A DNA stretch of 64,000 nt from Eledone cirrhosa (Eukaryota), in assembly GCA_964016885.1 (NCBI GenBank), contig OZ024741.1:24118001-24182000 (forward strand), given 5' to 3'. This document shows, in pieces, positions 50,401 through 64,000 of this stretch. The notes under the pieces were generated by a model that searched no databases, was not told the DNA's origin, and saw only the letters and a list, made by a program, of their open reading frames with translations. Each line of letters opens with the position of its first letter. The stretch's first letter is position 1. Both the position numbers and the translations under genes were made by a program.

Positions 50401-53400
50401 TGGCACATGTGTACACATTACAGTACATATACTGGTGGTAGTGGCACATGTGTACACATTACAGTACATATACTGGTGGTAGTGGCAGATATGTACACAT
50501 TACAGTACATATACTGGTGGTGTTGGCAGATATGTACACATTACAGTACATATACTGGTGGTGTTGGCACATCTGTACACATTACAGTACATATACTGGT
50601 GGTAGTGGCACATGTGTACACATTACAGTACATATACTGGTGGTGGTGGCACATGTGTACACATTACAGTACATATACTGGTGGTGGTGGCACATGTGTA
50701 CACATTACAGTACATATACTGGTGGTGGTGGCACATGTGTACACATTACAGTACATATACTGGTGGTGGTGGCACATGTGTACACATTACAGTACATATA
50801 CTGGTGGTGGTGGCACATGTGTACACATTACAGTACATATACTGGTGGTGGTGGCACATGTGTACACATTACAGTACAAATACTGGTGGTGGTGGCACAT
50901 GTGTACACATTACAGTACATATACTGGTGGTGGTGGCACATGTGTACACATTACAGTACATATACTGGTGGTGGTGGCACATGTGTACACATTACAGTAC
51001 ATATACTGGTGGTGGTGGCACATGTGTACACATTACAGTACATATACTGGTGGTGGTGGCACATGTGTACACATTACAGTACAAATACTGGTGGTGGTGG
51101 CACATGTGTACACATTACAGTACATATACTGGTGGTGGTGGCACATGTGTACACATTACAGTACAAATACTGGTGGTGGTGGCACATGTGTACACATTAC
51201 AGTACATATACTGGTGGTAGTGGCACATGTGTACACATTACAGTACAAATACTGGTGGTGGTGGCACATGTGTACACATTACAGTACATATACTGGTGGT
51301 AGTGGCACATGTGTACACATTACAGTACAAATACTGGTGGTGGTGGCACATGTGTACACATTACAGTACATATACTGGTGGTAGTGGCACATGTGTACAC
51401 ATTACAGTACATATACTGGTGGTGGTGGCACATGTGTACACATTACAGTACACATACTGGTGGTGGTGGCACATGTGTACACATTACAGTACATATACTG
51501 GTGGTGGTGGCACATGTGTACACATTACAGTACATATACTGGTGGTGGTGGCACATGTGTACACATTACAGTACATATACTGGTGGTGGTGGCACATGTG
51601 TACACATTACAGTACATATACTGGCGGTTGTGGCAGATGTGTACACATTACAGTACATATACTGGTGGTGGTGGCACATGTGTACACATTACAGTACATA
51701 TACTGGTGGTGGTGGCACATGTGTACACATTACAGTACATATACTGGTGGTAGTGGCACATGTGTACACATTACAGTACATATACTGGTGGTGGTGGCAC
51801 ATGTGTACACATTACAGTACACATACTGGTGGTGGTGGCACATGTGTACACATTACAGTACATATACTGGTGGTGGTGGCACATGTGTACACATTACAGT
51901 ACATATACTGGTGGTGGTGGCACATGTGTACACATTACAGTACATATACTGGTGGTGGTGGCACATGTGTACACATTACAGTACATATACTGGTGGTGGT
52001 GGCACATGTGTACACATTACAGTACATATACTGGTGGTGGTGGCACATGTGTACACATTATAGTACATATACTGGTGGTGGTGGCACATCTGTACACATT
52101 ACAGTACATATACTGGTGGTGGTGGTGGCACATGTGTACACATTACAGTACATATACTGGTGGTGGTGGCACATGTGTACACATTACAGTACATATACTG
52201 GTGGTGGTGGCACATGTGTACACATTACAGTACATATACTGGTGGTGGTGGCACATGTGTACACATTATAGTACATATACTGGTGGTGGTGGCACATCTG
52301 TACACATTACAGTACATATACTGGTGGTGGTGGCAGATGTGTACACATTACAGTACATATACTGGTGGTGGTGGCACATGTGTACACATTACAGTACATA
52401 TACTGGTGGTGGTGGCACATGTGTACACATTACAGTACATGTACTGGTGGTGGTGGCAGATGTGTACACATTACAGTACATATACTGGTGGTGGTGGTAC
52501 ATGTGTACACATTACAGTACATATACTGGTGGTGGTGGCACATGTGTACACATTACAGTACATGTACTGGTGGTGGTGGCAGATGTGTACACATTACAGT
52601 ACATATACTGGTGGTGGTGGCACATGTGTACACATTACAGTACATATACTGGTGGTGGTGGCACATGTGTACACATTACAGTACATATACTGGTGGTAGT
52701 GGCAGATGTGTACACATTACAGTACATATACTGGTGGTAGTGGCACATGTGTACACATTACAGTACATATACTGGTGGTAGTGGCACATGTGTACACATT
52801 ACAGTACATATACTGGTGGTGGTGGCACATGTGTATACATTACAGTACATATACTGGTGGTGGTGGCACATGTGTATACATTACAGTACATATACTGGTG
52901 GTAGTGGCACATGTGTACACATTACAGTACATATACTGGTGGTGGTGGCACATGTGTACACATTACAGTACACATACTGGTGGTGGTGGCGCATGTGTAC
53001 ACATTACAGTACATATACTGGTGGTGGTGGCACATGTGTACACATTACAGTACATATACTGGTGGTGGTGGCACATGTGTACACATTACAGTACATATAC
53101 TGGTGGTGGTGGCACATGTGTACACATTACAGTACATATACTGGTGGTAGTGGCACATGTGTACACATTACAGTACATATACTGGTGGTGGTGGCACATG
53201 TGTACACATTACAGTACATATACTGGTGGTGGTGGCACATGTGTACACATTACAGTACATATACTGGTGGCGGTGGCACATGTGTACACATTACAGTACA
53301 TATACTGGTGGTGGTGGCACATGTGTACACATTACAGTACATATACTGGTGGTGGTGGCACATGTGTACACATTACAGTACATATACTGGTGGTGGTGGC

Positions 53401-56400
53401 ACATGTGTACACATTACAGTACATATACTGGTGGTGGTGGCACATGTGTACACATTACAGTACATATACTGGTGGTAGTGGCAGATGTGTACACATTACA
53501 GTACATATACTGGTGGTGGTGGCACATGTGTACACATTACAGTACATATACTGGTGGTAGTGGCACATGTGTACACATTACAGTACATATACTGGTGGCG
53601 GTGGCACATGTGTACACATTACAGTACATATACTGGTGGTGGTGGCACATGTGTACACATTACAGTACATATACTGGTGGTGGTGGCACATGTGTACACA
53701 TTACAGTACATATACTGGTGGTGGTGGCACATGTGTACACATTACAGTACATATACTGGTGGTGGTGGCACATGTGTACACATTACAGTACATATACTGG
53801 TGGTGGTGGCACATGTGTACACATTACAGTACATATACTGGTGGTGGTGGCACATGTGTACACATTACAGTACATATACTGGTGGTGGTGGTGGCACATG
53901 TGTACACATTACAGTACATATACTGGTGGTGGTGGCACATGTGTACACATTACAGTACATATACTGGTGGTGGTGGCACATGTGTACACATTACAGTACA
54001 TATACTGGTGGTGGTGGCACATGTGTACACATTACAGTAAATATACTGGTGGTAGTGGCAGATGTGTACACATTACAGTACATATACTGGTGGTGGTGGC
54101 ACATGTGTACACATTACAGTACATATACTGGTGGTAGTGGCACATGTGTACACATTACAGTACATATACTGGTGGTGGTGGCACATGTGTACACATTACA
54201 GTACATATACTGGTGGTGGTGGCACATGTGTACACATTACAGTACATATACTGGTGGTGGTGGTGGCACATGTGTACACATTACAGTACATATACTGGTG
54301 GTAGTGGCAGATGTGTACACATTACAGTACATATACTGGTGGTGGTGGCACATGTGTACACATTACAGTACATATACTGGTGGTGGTGGCACATGTGTAC
54401 ACATTACAGTACATATACTGGTGGTGGTGGCACATGTGTACACATTACAGTACATATACTGGTGGTAGTGGCACATGTGTACACATTACAGTACATATAC
54501 TGGTGGTGGTGGCACATGTGTACACATTACAGTACATATACTGGTGGTAGTGGCACATGTGTACACATTACAGTACATATACTGGTGGTGGTGGCACATG
54601 TGTACACATTACAGTTCATATACTGGTGGTGGTGGCACATGTGTACACATTACAGTTCATATACTGGTGGTAGTGGCACATGTGTACACATTACAGTACA
54701 TATACTGGTGGTAGTGGCACATGTGTACACATTACAGTACATATACTGGTGGTAGTGGCACATGTGTACACATTACAGTACATATACTGGTGGTAGTGGC
54801 ACATGTGTACACATTACAGTACATATACTGGTGGTGGTGGCACATGTGTACACATTACAGTTCATATACTGGTGGTAGTGGCACATGTGTACACATACTG
54901 GTAGTAGTGGCAGATGTGTACACATTACAGTACATATACTGGTGGTGGTGGCGCATGTGTATACATTACAGTACATATACTGGTGGTGGTGGCACATGTG
55001 TACACATTACAGTACATATACTGGTGGTGGTGGTGGCACATGTGTATACATTACAGTACATATACTGGTGGTGGTGGTACATGTGTACACATTACAGTAC
55101 ATATACTGGTGGTGGTGGTACATGTGTACACATTACAGTACATATACTGGTGGTGGTGGCACATGTGTACACATTACAGTACATATACTGGTGGTGGTGG
55201 CACATGTGTACACATTACAGTACATATACTGGTGGTGGTGGTACATGTGTACACATTACAGTACATATACTGGTGGTTGTGGCACATGTGTACACATTAC
55301 AGTACACATACTGGTGGTAGTGGCACATGTGTACACATTACAGTACATATACTGGTGGTGGTGGCACATGTGTACACATTACAGTACACATACTGGTGGT
55401 AGTGGCACATGTGTACACATTACAGTACATATACTGGTGGTGGTGGCACATGTGTAGTCATTACAGTACATATACTGGTGGTGGCGGCACATGTGTACAC
55501 ATTACAGTACATATACTGGTGGTAGTGGCACATGTGTACACATTACAGTACATATACTGGTGGTGGTGGCACATGTGTACACATTACAGTACATATACTG
55601 GTGGTGGTGGCGCATGTGTAGTCATTACAGTACATATACTGGTGGTGGCGGCACATGTGTACACATTACAGTACATATACTGGTGGTAGTGGCACATGTG
55701 TACACATTACAGTACATATACTGGTGGTGGTGGCACATGTGTACACATTACAGTACATATACTGGTGGTGGTGGCACATGTGTACACATTACAGTACATA
55801 TACTGGTGGTGGTGGCACATGTGTACACATTACAGTACATATACTGGTGGTGGTGGCGCATGTGTAGTCATTACAGTACATATACTGGTGGTGGTGGCAC
55901 ATGTGTACACATTACAGTACATATACTGGTGGTAGTGGCACATGTGTACACATTACAGTACATATACTGGTGGTGGTGGCACATGTGTACACATTACAGT
56001 ACATATACTGGTGGTGGTGGCACATGTGTACACATTACAGTACATATACTGGTGGTGGTGGCGCATGTGCAGTCATTACAGTACATATACTGGTGGTGGT
56101 GGCACATGTGTACACATTACAGTACATATACTGGTGGTAGTGGCACATGTGTACACATTACAGTACATATACTGGTGGTAGTGGCACATGTGTACACATT
56201 ACAGTACATATACTGGTGGTGGTGGCACATGTGTACACATTACAGTACATATACTGGTGGTGGTGGCACATGTGTACACATTACAGTACACATACTGGTG
56301 GTAGTGGCACATGTGTACACATTACAGTACATATACTGGTGGTGGTGGCACATGTGTACACATTACAGTACATATACTGGTGGTGGTGGCACATGTGTAC

Positions 56401-59400
56401 ACATTACAGTACACATACTGGTGGTAGTGGCACATGTGTACACATTACAGTACATATACTGGTGGTGGTGGCACATGTGTACACATTACAGTACACATAC
56501 TGGTGGTAGTGGCACATGTGTACACATTACAGTAGATATACCGGTGGTAGTGGCACATGTGTACACATTACAGTACATATACTGGTGGTGGTGGCACATG
56601 TGTACACATTACAGTACATATACTGGTGGTGGTGGCACATGTGTACACATTACAGTATACATACTGGTGGTGGTGGCACATGTGTACACATTACAGTACA
56701 TATACTGGTGGTGGTGGCACATGTGTACACATTATAGTACATATACTGGTGGTAGTGGCAGATGTGTACACATTACAGTACACATACTGGTGGTAGTGGC
56801 ACATGTGTACACATTACAGTACATATACTGGTGGTAGTGGCACATGTGTACACATTACAGTACATATACTGGTGGTGGTGGCACATGTGTACACATTACA
56901 GTACATATACTGGTGGTGGTGGCACATGTGTACACATTACAGTACATATACTGGTGGTGGTGGCACATGTGTACACATTACAGTACATATACTGGTGGTG
57001 GTGGCACATGTGTACACATTACAGTACATATACTGGTGGTGGTGGCACATGTGTACACATTACAGTATACATACTGGTGGTGGTGGCACATGTGTACACA
57101 TTACAGTACATATACTGGTGGTGGTGGCACATGTGTACACATTACAGTACATATACTGGTGGTGGTGGCACATGTGTACACATTACAGTACATATACTGG
57201 TGGTGGTGGCACATGTGTACACATTACAGTACATATACTGGTGGTGGTGGCACATGTGTACACATTACAGTACATATACTGGTGGTGGTGGCACATGTGT
57301 ACACATTACAGTACATATACTGGTGTTGGTGGCACATGTGTACACATTACAGTACATATACTGGTGGTGGTGGCACATGTGTACACATTACAGTACATAT
57401 ATTGGTGGTGGTGGCACATGTGTACACATTACAGTACATATACTGGTGGTGGTGGCACATGTGTACACATTACAGTACATATACTGGTGGTGGTGGCACA
57501 TGTGTACACATTACAGTATACATACTGGTGGTGGTGGCACATGTGTACACATTATAGTACATATACTGGTGGTAGTGGCAGATGTGTACACATTACAGTA
57601 CATATACTGGTGGTGGTGGCACATGTGTACACATTACAGTACATATACTGGTGGTGGTGGCACATGTGTACACATTACAGTACATATACTGGTGGTAGTG
57701 GCACATGTGTACACATTACAGTACATATACTGGTGGTGGTGGCACATGTGTACACATTACAGTATACATACTGGTGGTGGTGGCACATGTGTACACATTA
57801 CAGTACATATACTGGTGGTGGTGGCACATGTGTACACATTATAGTACATATACTGGTGTTGGTGGCACATGTGTACACATTACAGTACACATACTGGTGG
57901 TGGTGGCACATGTGTACACATTACAGTACATATACTGGTGGTGGTGGCACATGTGTACACATTACAGTACATATACTGGTGGTGGTGGCACATGTGTACA
58001 CATTACAGTACATATACTGGTGGTGGTGGCACATGTGTACACATTACAGTACATATACTGGTGGTGGTGGCACATGTGTACACATTACAGTATACATACT
58101 GGTGGTGGTGGCACATGTGTACACATTACAGTACATATACTGGTGGTGGTGGCACATGTGTACACATTATAGTACATATACTGGTGGTAGTGGCAGATGT
58201 GTACACATTACAGTACATATACTGGTGGTGGTGGCACATGTGTACACATTACAGTACATATACTGGTGGTAGTGGCACATGTGTACACATTACAGTACAT
58301 ATACTGGTGGTGGTGGCACATGTGTACACATTACAGTATACATACTGGTGGTGGTGGCACATGTGTACACATTACAGTACATATACTGGTGGTGGTGGCA
58401 CATGTGTACACATTATAGTACATATACTGGTGGTAGTGGCAGATGTGTACACATTACAGTACATATACTGGTGGTGGTGGCACATGTGTACACATTACAG
58501 TACATATACTGGTGGTGGTGGCACATGTGTACACATTACAGTACATATACTGGTAGTGGTGGCACATGTGTACACATTACAGTACACATACTGGTGGTGG
58601 TGGCACATGTGTACACATTACAGTACATATACTGGTGGTGGTGGCTCATGTGTACACATTACAGTACATATACTGGTGGTGGTGGCACATGTGTACACAT
58701 TACAGTACATATACTGGTGGTTGTGGCAGATCTGTACACATTACAGTACATATACTGGTGGTGGTGGCACATGTGTACACATTACAGTACATATACTGGT
58801 GGTAGTGGCACATGTGTACACATTACAGTACATATACTGGTGGTGGTGGTGCATGTGTACACATTACAGTACATATACTGGTGGTGGTGGCACATGTGTA
58901 CACATTACAGTACATATACTGGTGGTGGTGGCACATGTGTACACATTACAGTACATATACTGGTAGTGGTGGCACATGTGTACACATTACAGTACACATA
59001 CTGGTGGTGGTGGCACATGTGTACACATTACAGTACATATACTGGTGGTGGTGGCACATGTGTACACATTACAGTACATATACTGGTGGTGGTGGCACAT
59101 GTGTACACATTACAGTACATATACTGGTGGTTGTGGCAGATCTGTACACATTACAGTACATATACTGGTGGTGGTGGCACATGTGTACACATTACAGTAC
59201 ATATACTGGTGGTAGTGGCACATGTGTACACATTACAGTACATATACTGGTGGTGGTGGTGCATGTGTACACATTACAGTACATATACTGGTGGTGGTGG
59301 CACATGTGTACACATTACAGTACATATACTGGTGGTGGTGGCACATGTGTACACATTACAGTTCATATACTGGTGGTGGTGGCACATGTGTACACATTAC

Positions 59401-62400
59401 AGTACATATACTGGTGGTGGTGGCACACGTGTACACATTACAGTACATATACTGGTGGTGGTGGCACATGTGTACACATTACAGTACATATACTGGTGGT
59501 GGTGGCACATGTGTACACATTACAGTACATATACTGGTGGTGGTGGCAGATCTGTACACATTACAGTACATATACTGGTGGTGGTGGCACACGTGTACAC
59601 ATTACAGTACATATACTGGTGGTGGTGGCACATGTGTACACATTACAGTTCATATACTGGTGGTAGTGGCACATGTGTACACATTACAGTACATATACTG
59701 GTGGTAGTGGCACATGTGTACACATTACAGTACATATACTGGTGGTAGTGGCACATGTGTACACATTACAGTACATATACTGGTGGTGGTGGCACATGTG
59801 TACACATTACAGTTCATATACTGGTGGTAGTGGCACATGTGTACACATACTGGTAGTAGTGGCAGATGTGTACACATTACAGTACATATACTGGTGGTGG
59901 TGGCACATGTGTACACATTATAGTACATATACTGGTGGTGGTGGCACATGTGTACACATTACAGTACATATACTGGTGGTGGTGGCACATGTGTACACAT
60001 TACAGTTCATATACTGGTGGTAGTGGCACTTGTGTACACATTACAGTACATATACTGGTGGTGGTGGCACATGTGTACACATTACGGTACATATACTGGT
60101 GGTGGTGGCAGATGTGTACACATTATAGTACATATACTGGTGGTGGTGGCAGATGTGTACACATTACAGTACACATACTGGTGGTAGTGGCTCATGTGTA
60201 CACATTACAGTACACATGCTGGTGGTAGTGGCACATGTGTACACATTACAGTACATATACTGGTGGTGGTGGCACATGTGTACACATTACAGTACATATA
60301 CTGGTGGTGGTGGCACATGTGTACACATTACAGTACATATACTGGTGGTGGTGGCACATGTGTACACATTACAGTACACATACTGGTGGTGGTGCACATG
60401 TGTACACATTACAGTACATATACTGGTGGTGGTGGCACATGTGTACACATTACAGTACATATACTGGTGGTAGTGGCACATGTGTACACATTACAGTACA
60501 TATGCTGGTGATAGTGGCACATGTGTACACATTACAGTACATATACTGGTGGTGGTGGCACATGTGTACACATTACAGTACACATCCTGGTGGTAGTGGC
60601 ACATGTGTACACATTACAGTACACATACTGGTGGTAGTGGCACATGTGTACACATTACAGTACACATACTGGTGGTAGTGGCACATGTGTACACATTACA
60701 GTACATATACTGGTGGTAGTGGCAGATGTGTACACATTACAGTACACATCCTGGTGGTAGTGGCACATGTGTACACATTACAGTACACATACTGGTGGTA
60801 GTGGCACATGTGTACACATTACAGTACACATACTGGTGGTAGTGGCACATGTGTACACATTACAGTACATATACTGGTGGTGGTGGCACATGTGTACACA
60901 TTATAGTACATATACTGGTGGTGGTGGCACATGTGTACACATTACAGTACATATACTGGTGGTGGTGGCACATGTGTACACATTACAGTACATATACTGG
61001 TGGTGGTGGCACATGTGTACACATTACAGTACATATACTGGTGGTGGTGGCACATGTGTACACATTACAGTACATATACTGGTGGTAGTGGCAGATGTGT
61101 ACACATTACAGTACATATACTGGTGGTAGTGGCAGATATGTACACATTACAGTACACATACTGGTGGTGGTGGCACATGTGTACACATTACAGTACACAT
61201 ACTGGTGGTGGTGGCACATGTGTACACATTACAGTACATATACTGGTGGTGGTGGCACATGTGTACACATTATAGTACATATACTGGTGGTGGTGGCACA
61301 TGTGTACACATTACAGTACATATACTGGTGGTAGTGGCACATGTGTACACATTACAGTACATATACTGGTGGTGGTGGCACATGTGTACACATTATAGTA
61401 CATATACTGGTGGTGGTGGCACATGTGTACACATTACAGTACATATACTGGTGGTAGTGGCACATGTGTACACATTACAGTACACATACTGGTGGTGGTG
61501 GCACATGTGTACACATTACAGTACATATACTGGTGGTAGTGGCACATGTGTACACATTACAGTACATATACTGGTGGTAGTGGCAGATGTGTACACATTA
61601 CAGTACATATACTGGTGGTGGTGGCACATGTGTACACATTACAGTACATATACTGGTGGTGGTGGTGGCACATGTGTACACATTACAGTACATATACTGG
61701 TGGTTGTGGCACATGTGTACACATTACAGTACATATACTGGTGGTGGTGGCACATGTGTACACATTACAGTACATATACTGGTGGTGGTGGCACATGTGT
61801 ACACATTACAGTACACATACTGGTGGTGGTGGCACATGTGTACACATTACAGTACACATACTGGTGTTGGTGGCACATGTGTACACATTACAGTTCATAT
61901 ACTGGTGGTAGTGGCACATGTGTACACATTACAGTACACATCCTGGTGGTAGTGGCACGTGTACACATTACAGTACATATACTGGTGTTGGTGGTACATG
62001 TGTACACATTACAGTACATATACTGGTGGTAGTGGTGGCACATGTGTACACATTACAGTACATATACTGGTCGTGGTGGCACATGTGTACACATTACAGT
62101 ACATATACTGGTGGTGGTGGCACATGTGTACACATTACAGTACATATACTGGTGGTGGTGGCACATGTGTACACATTACAGTACATATACTGGTGGTGGT
62201 GGCACATGTGTACACATTACAGTACATATACTGGTGGTGGTGGCACATGTGTACACATTACAGTACATATACTGGTGGTGGTGGCACATGTGTACACATT
62301 ACAGTACACGTACTGGTGGTGGTGGCACATGTGTACACATTACAGTACATATACTGGTGGTGGTGGCACATGTGTACACATTACAGTAAATATACTGGTG

Positions 62401-62973
62401 GTGGTGGCACATGTGTACACATTACAGTACATATACTGGTGGTAGTGGTGGCACATGTGTACACATTACAGTACATATACTGGTGGTGGTGGCGCATGTG
62501 TACACATTACAGTACATATACTGGTGGTAGTGGTGGCACATGTGTACACATTACAGTACATATACTGGTGGTGGTGGCGCATGTGTACACATTACAGTAC
62601 ATATACTGGTGGTGGTGGCGCATGTGTACACATTACAGTACATATACTGGTGGTGGTGGCACATGTGTACACATTACAGTACACGTACTGGTGGTGGTGG
62701 CACATGTGTACACATTACAGTACATATACTGGTGGTAGTGGCAGATATGTACACATTACAGTACATATACTGGTGGTGGTGGCACATGTGTACACATTAC
62801 AGTACATATACTGGTGGTAGTGGCAGATATGTACACATTACAGTACATATACTGGTGGTGGCACATGTGTACACATTACAGTACATATACTGGTGGTGGT
62901 GGCACATGTGTACACATTACAGTACATATACTGGTGGTGGTGGCACATGTGTACACATTACAGTACATATACT
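41410..62973. repeat. 41-bp satellite array (~526 units), intronic to CAPZB
   Basis: Unit TACTGGTGGTGGTGGCACATGTGTACACATTACAGTACATA. Both edges lie inside the window. Confidence 0.98.
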
Positions 62974-63636
62974 TATAGGAAGAATGAGGAGTCAAATAAT
63001 TACTTATACTTTTTACGACTACAAGTTGAAACATCCAAGGACCTTGTTATTACAAACAATTATAAGAAAATACCTTAGTCGATGTGTTTGTTGCTTCGGC
63101 CTTGCAGCGACAGGCTTCTGACTTCCATGATATAAATAAATGTCTCTTTAACACTCAATTCTCTATAAATATAAATTTTTCGAAAGCTGAGTTTGTGTAC
63201 ACACAATAGAATATCTCGTATAGCAGATAGGCCCTAGAAGAACAATTGACGAAATGTAGAACATGGTTTGTTGATAACTGTTCTGTTCCTCCTAACAGGA
63301 TTATGGGAGGATTATAGTAGGAGTTATCCTGTAGTAGGTCTTTCCATCTTCCTGGTCTTGGTTCCTCTCTAATCGTGTACAGTGGTTTTCACGAGAAGGT
63401 GACAATGTATTCATACGCGACTTACCATTAGTCTGTTTAACCAAATTGCATATGAAATGTTGCTATTGCAAGGTATGACGTAGTTCCACTACATACTGAT
63501 GGTAGTGGCACATAAGTAGTTGTTTTCATTGTTCTTTTTGATGAATGGAATAAACATTTATAAAAAAAATACTCCTTTTCTTAAATTCCTTTCTTTCCTT
63601 TTTCTCAAACTACTGCTGTCTTTAATACTCTATTAA

Positions 63637-63837
63637 CCTTTTCATGACCCCATTTCTAATGAAATACACTCTCTTTCGATTAAGAATTTTGAAGGATTTA
63701 TTAAAATTATTTCATTTCTAAGACAGTAAGGTTCTTATATAAAATTATGTTGGAATATTTTAATATAAACTGGAAACCTTTAAAATGGGTGGCTTTAAAG
63801 AACCAGAGCCAGTTTTGGCCAGATTGTAACAAATGGG
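63637..63837. mobile_element. Degenerate TTAA-flanked MITE
   Basis: TTAA|CCTTTTCATGAC ... GTAACAAATGGG|TTAA. The internal TTTGAAGGATTTA resembles the element around 31750-32160. Confidence 0.45.
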
Positions 63838-64000
63838 TTAATAGTGTTTGAACATGAAGAACATTATGAATTATTTTAACCAAATGCAAATGAAGGAAAT
63901 TCACTTATTTCTATATTCTCCTGTACCTACTGTTACCCACAGTAGTAAATGTATACTCCCAAAATTACCCATCACATGATGTGTAATATTCTAGTCTATA

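Noticed and set aside
1-62973. CRISPR-like arrays
   Set aside because: Units are head-to-tail with no unique spacers, there are no cas genes, and the context is eukaryotic and intronic.
41410-62973. Recursive splice sites in each monomer (TTACAG)
   Set aside because: The AG is followed by TA rather than GT, and there is no polypyrimidine tract.
41445-63121. Many long ORFs (MCTHYSTYTGGGGT / YWWWWH / VHITVHILVVVAH)
   Set aside because: They are translations of a stop-poor 41-bp unit that cycles through all three frames. There is no frame preference and the composition is implausible for a protein.

Overview
This is AT-rich eukaryotic DNA, not prokaryotic. The repeat repertoire suggests a mollusc, probably a cephalopod such as an octopus (inference). 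The only host gene I can support is F-actin capping protein beta (CAPZB): three coding exons on + (27531-27620, 32422-32543, 34556-34669) with canonical GT-AG sites. I found no start exon, and the downstream exons lie beyond the window. About 58% of the window is four tandem arrays: 51 bp (1-12591, followed by a 200-N gap), 39 bp, 24/28 bp and 41 bp (about 21.5 kb, inside CAPZB intron 4). The long ORFs in these arrays are artefacts of the repeats. The rest is decayed mobile DNA: RTE and CR1-group LINE remnants, tRNA-derived SINEs with target-site duplications (TSDs), a non-autonomous Helitron, TTAA MITEs, a hAT remnant and an IS630/Tc1-type transposase remnant. The most notable pattern is that the arrays are tied to retroelements. 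The 39-bp unit is a piece of LINE ORF2, the 24/28-bp unit is the RTE 3' terminus, and the 41-bp array starts at an RTE (GAT)n tail. The arrays also show higher-order structure, a shared short motif and a micro-inversion. I found no evidence for a novel protein-coding system.
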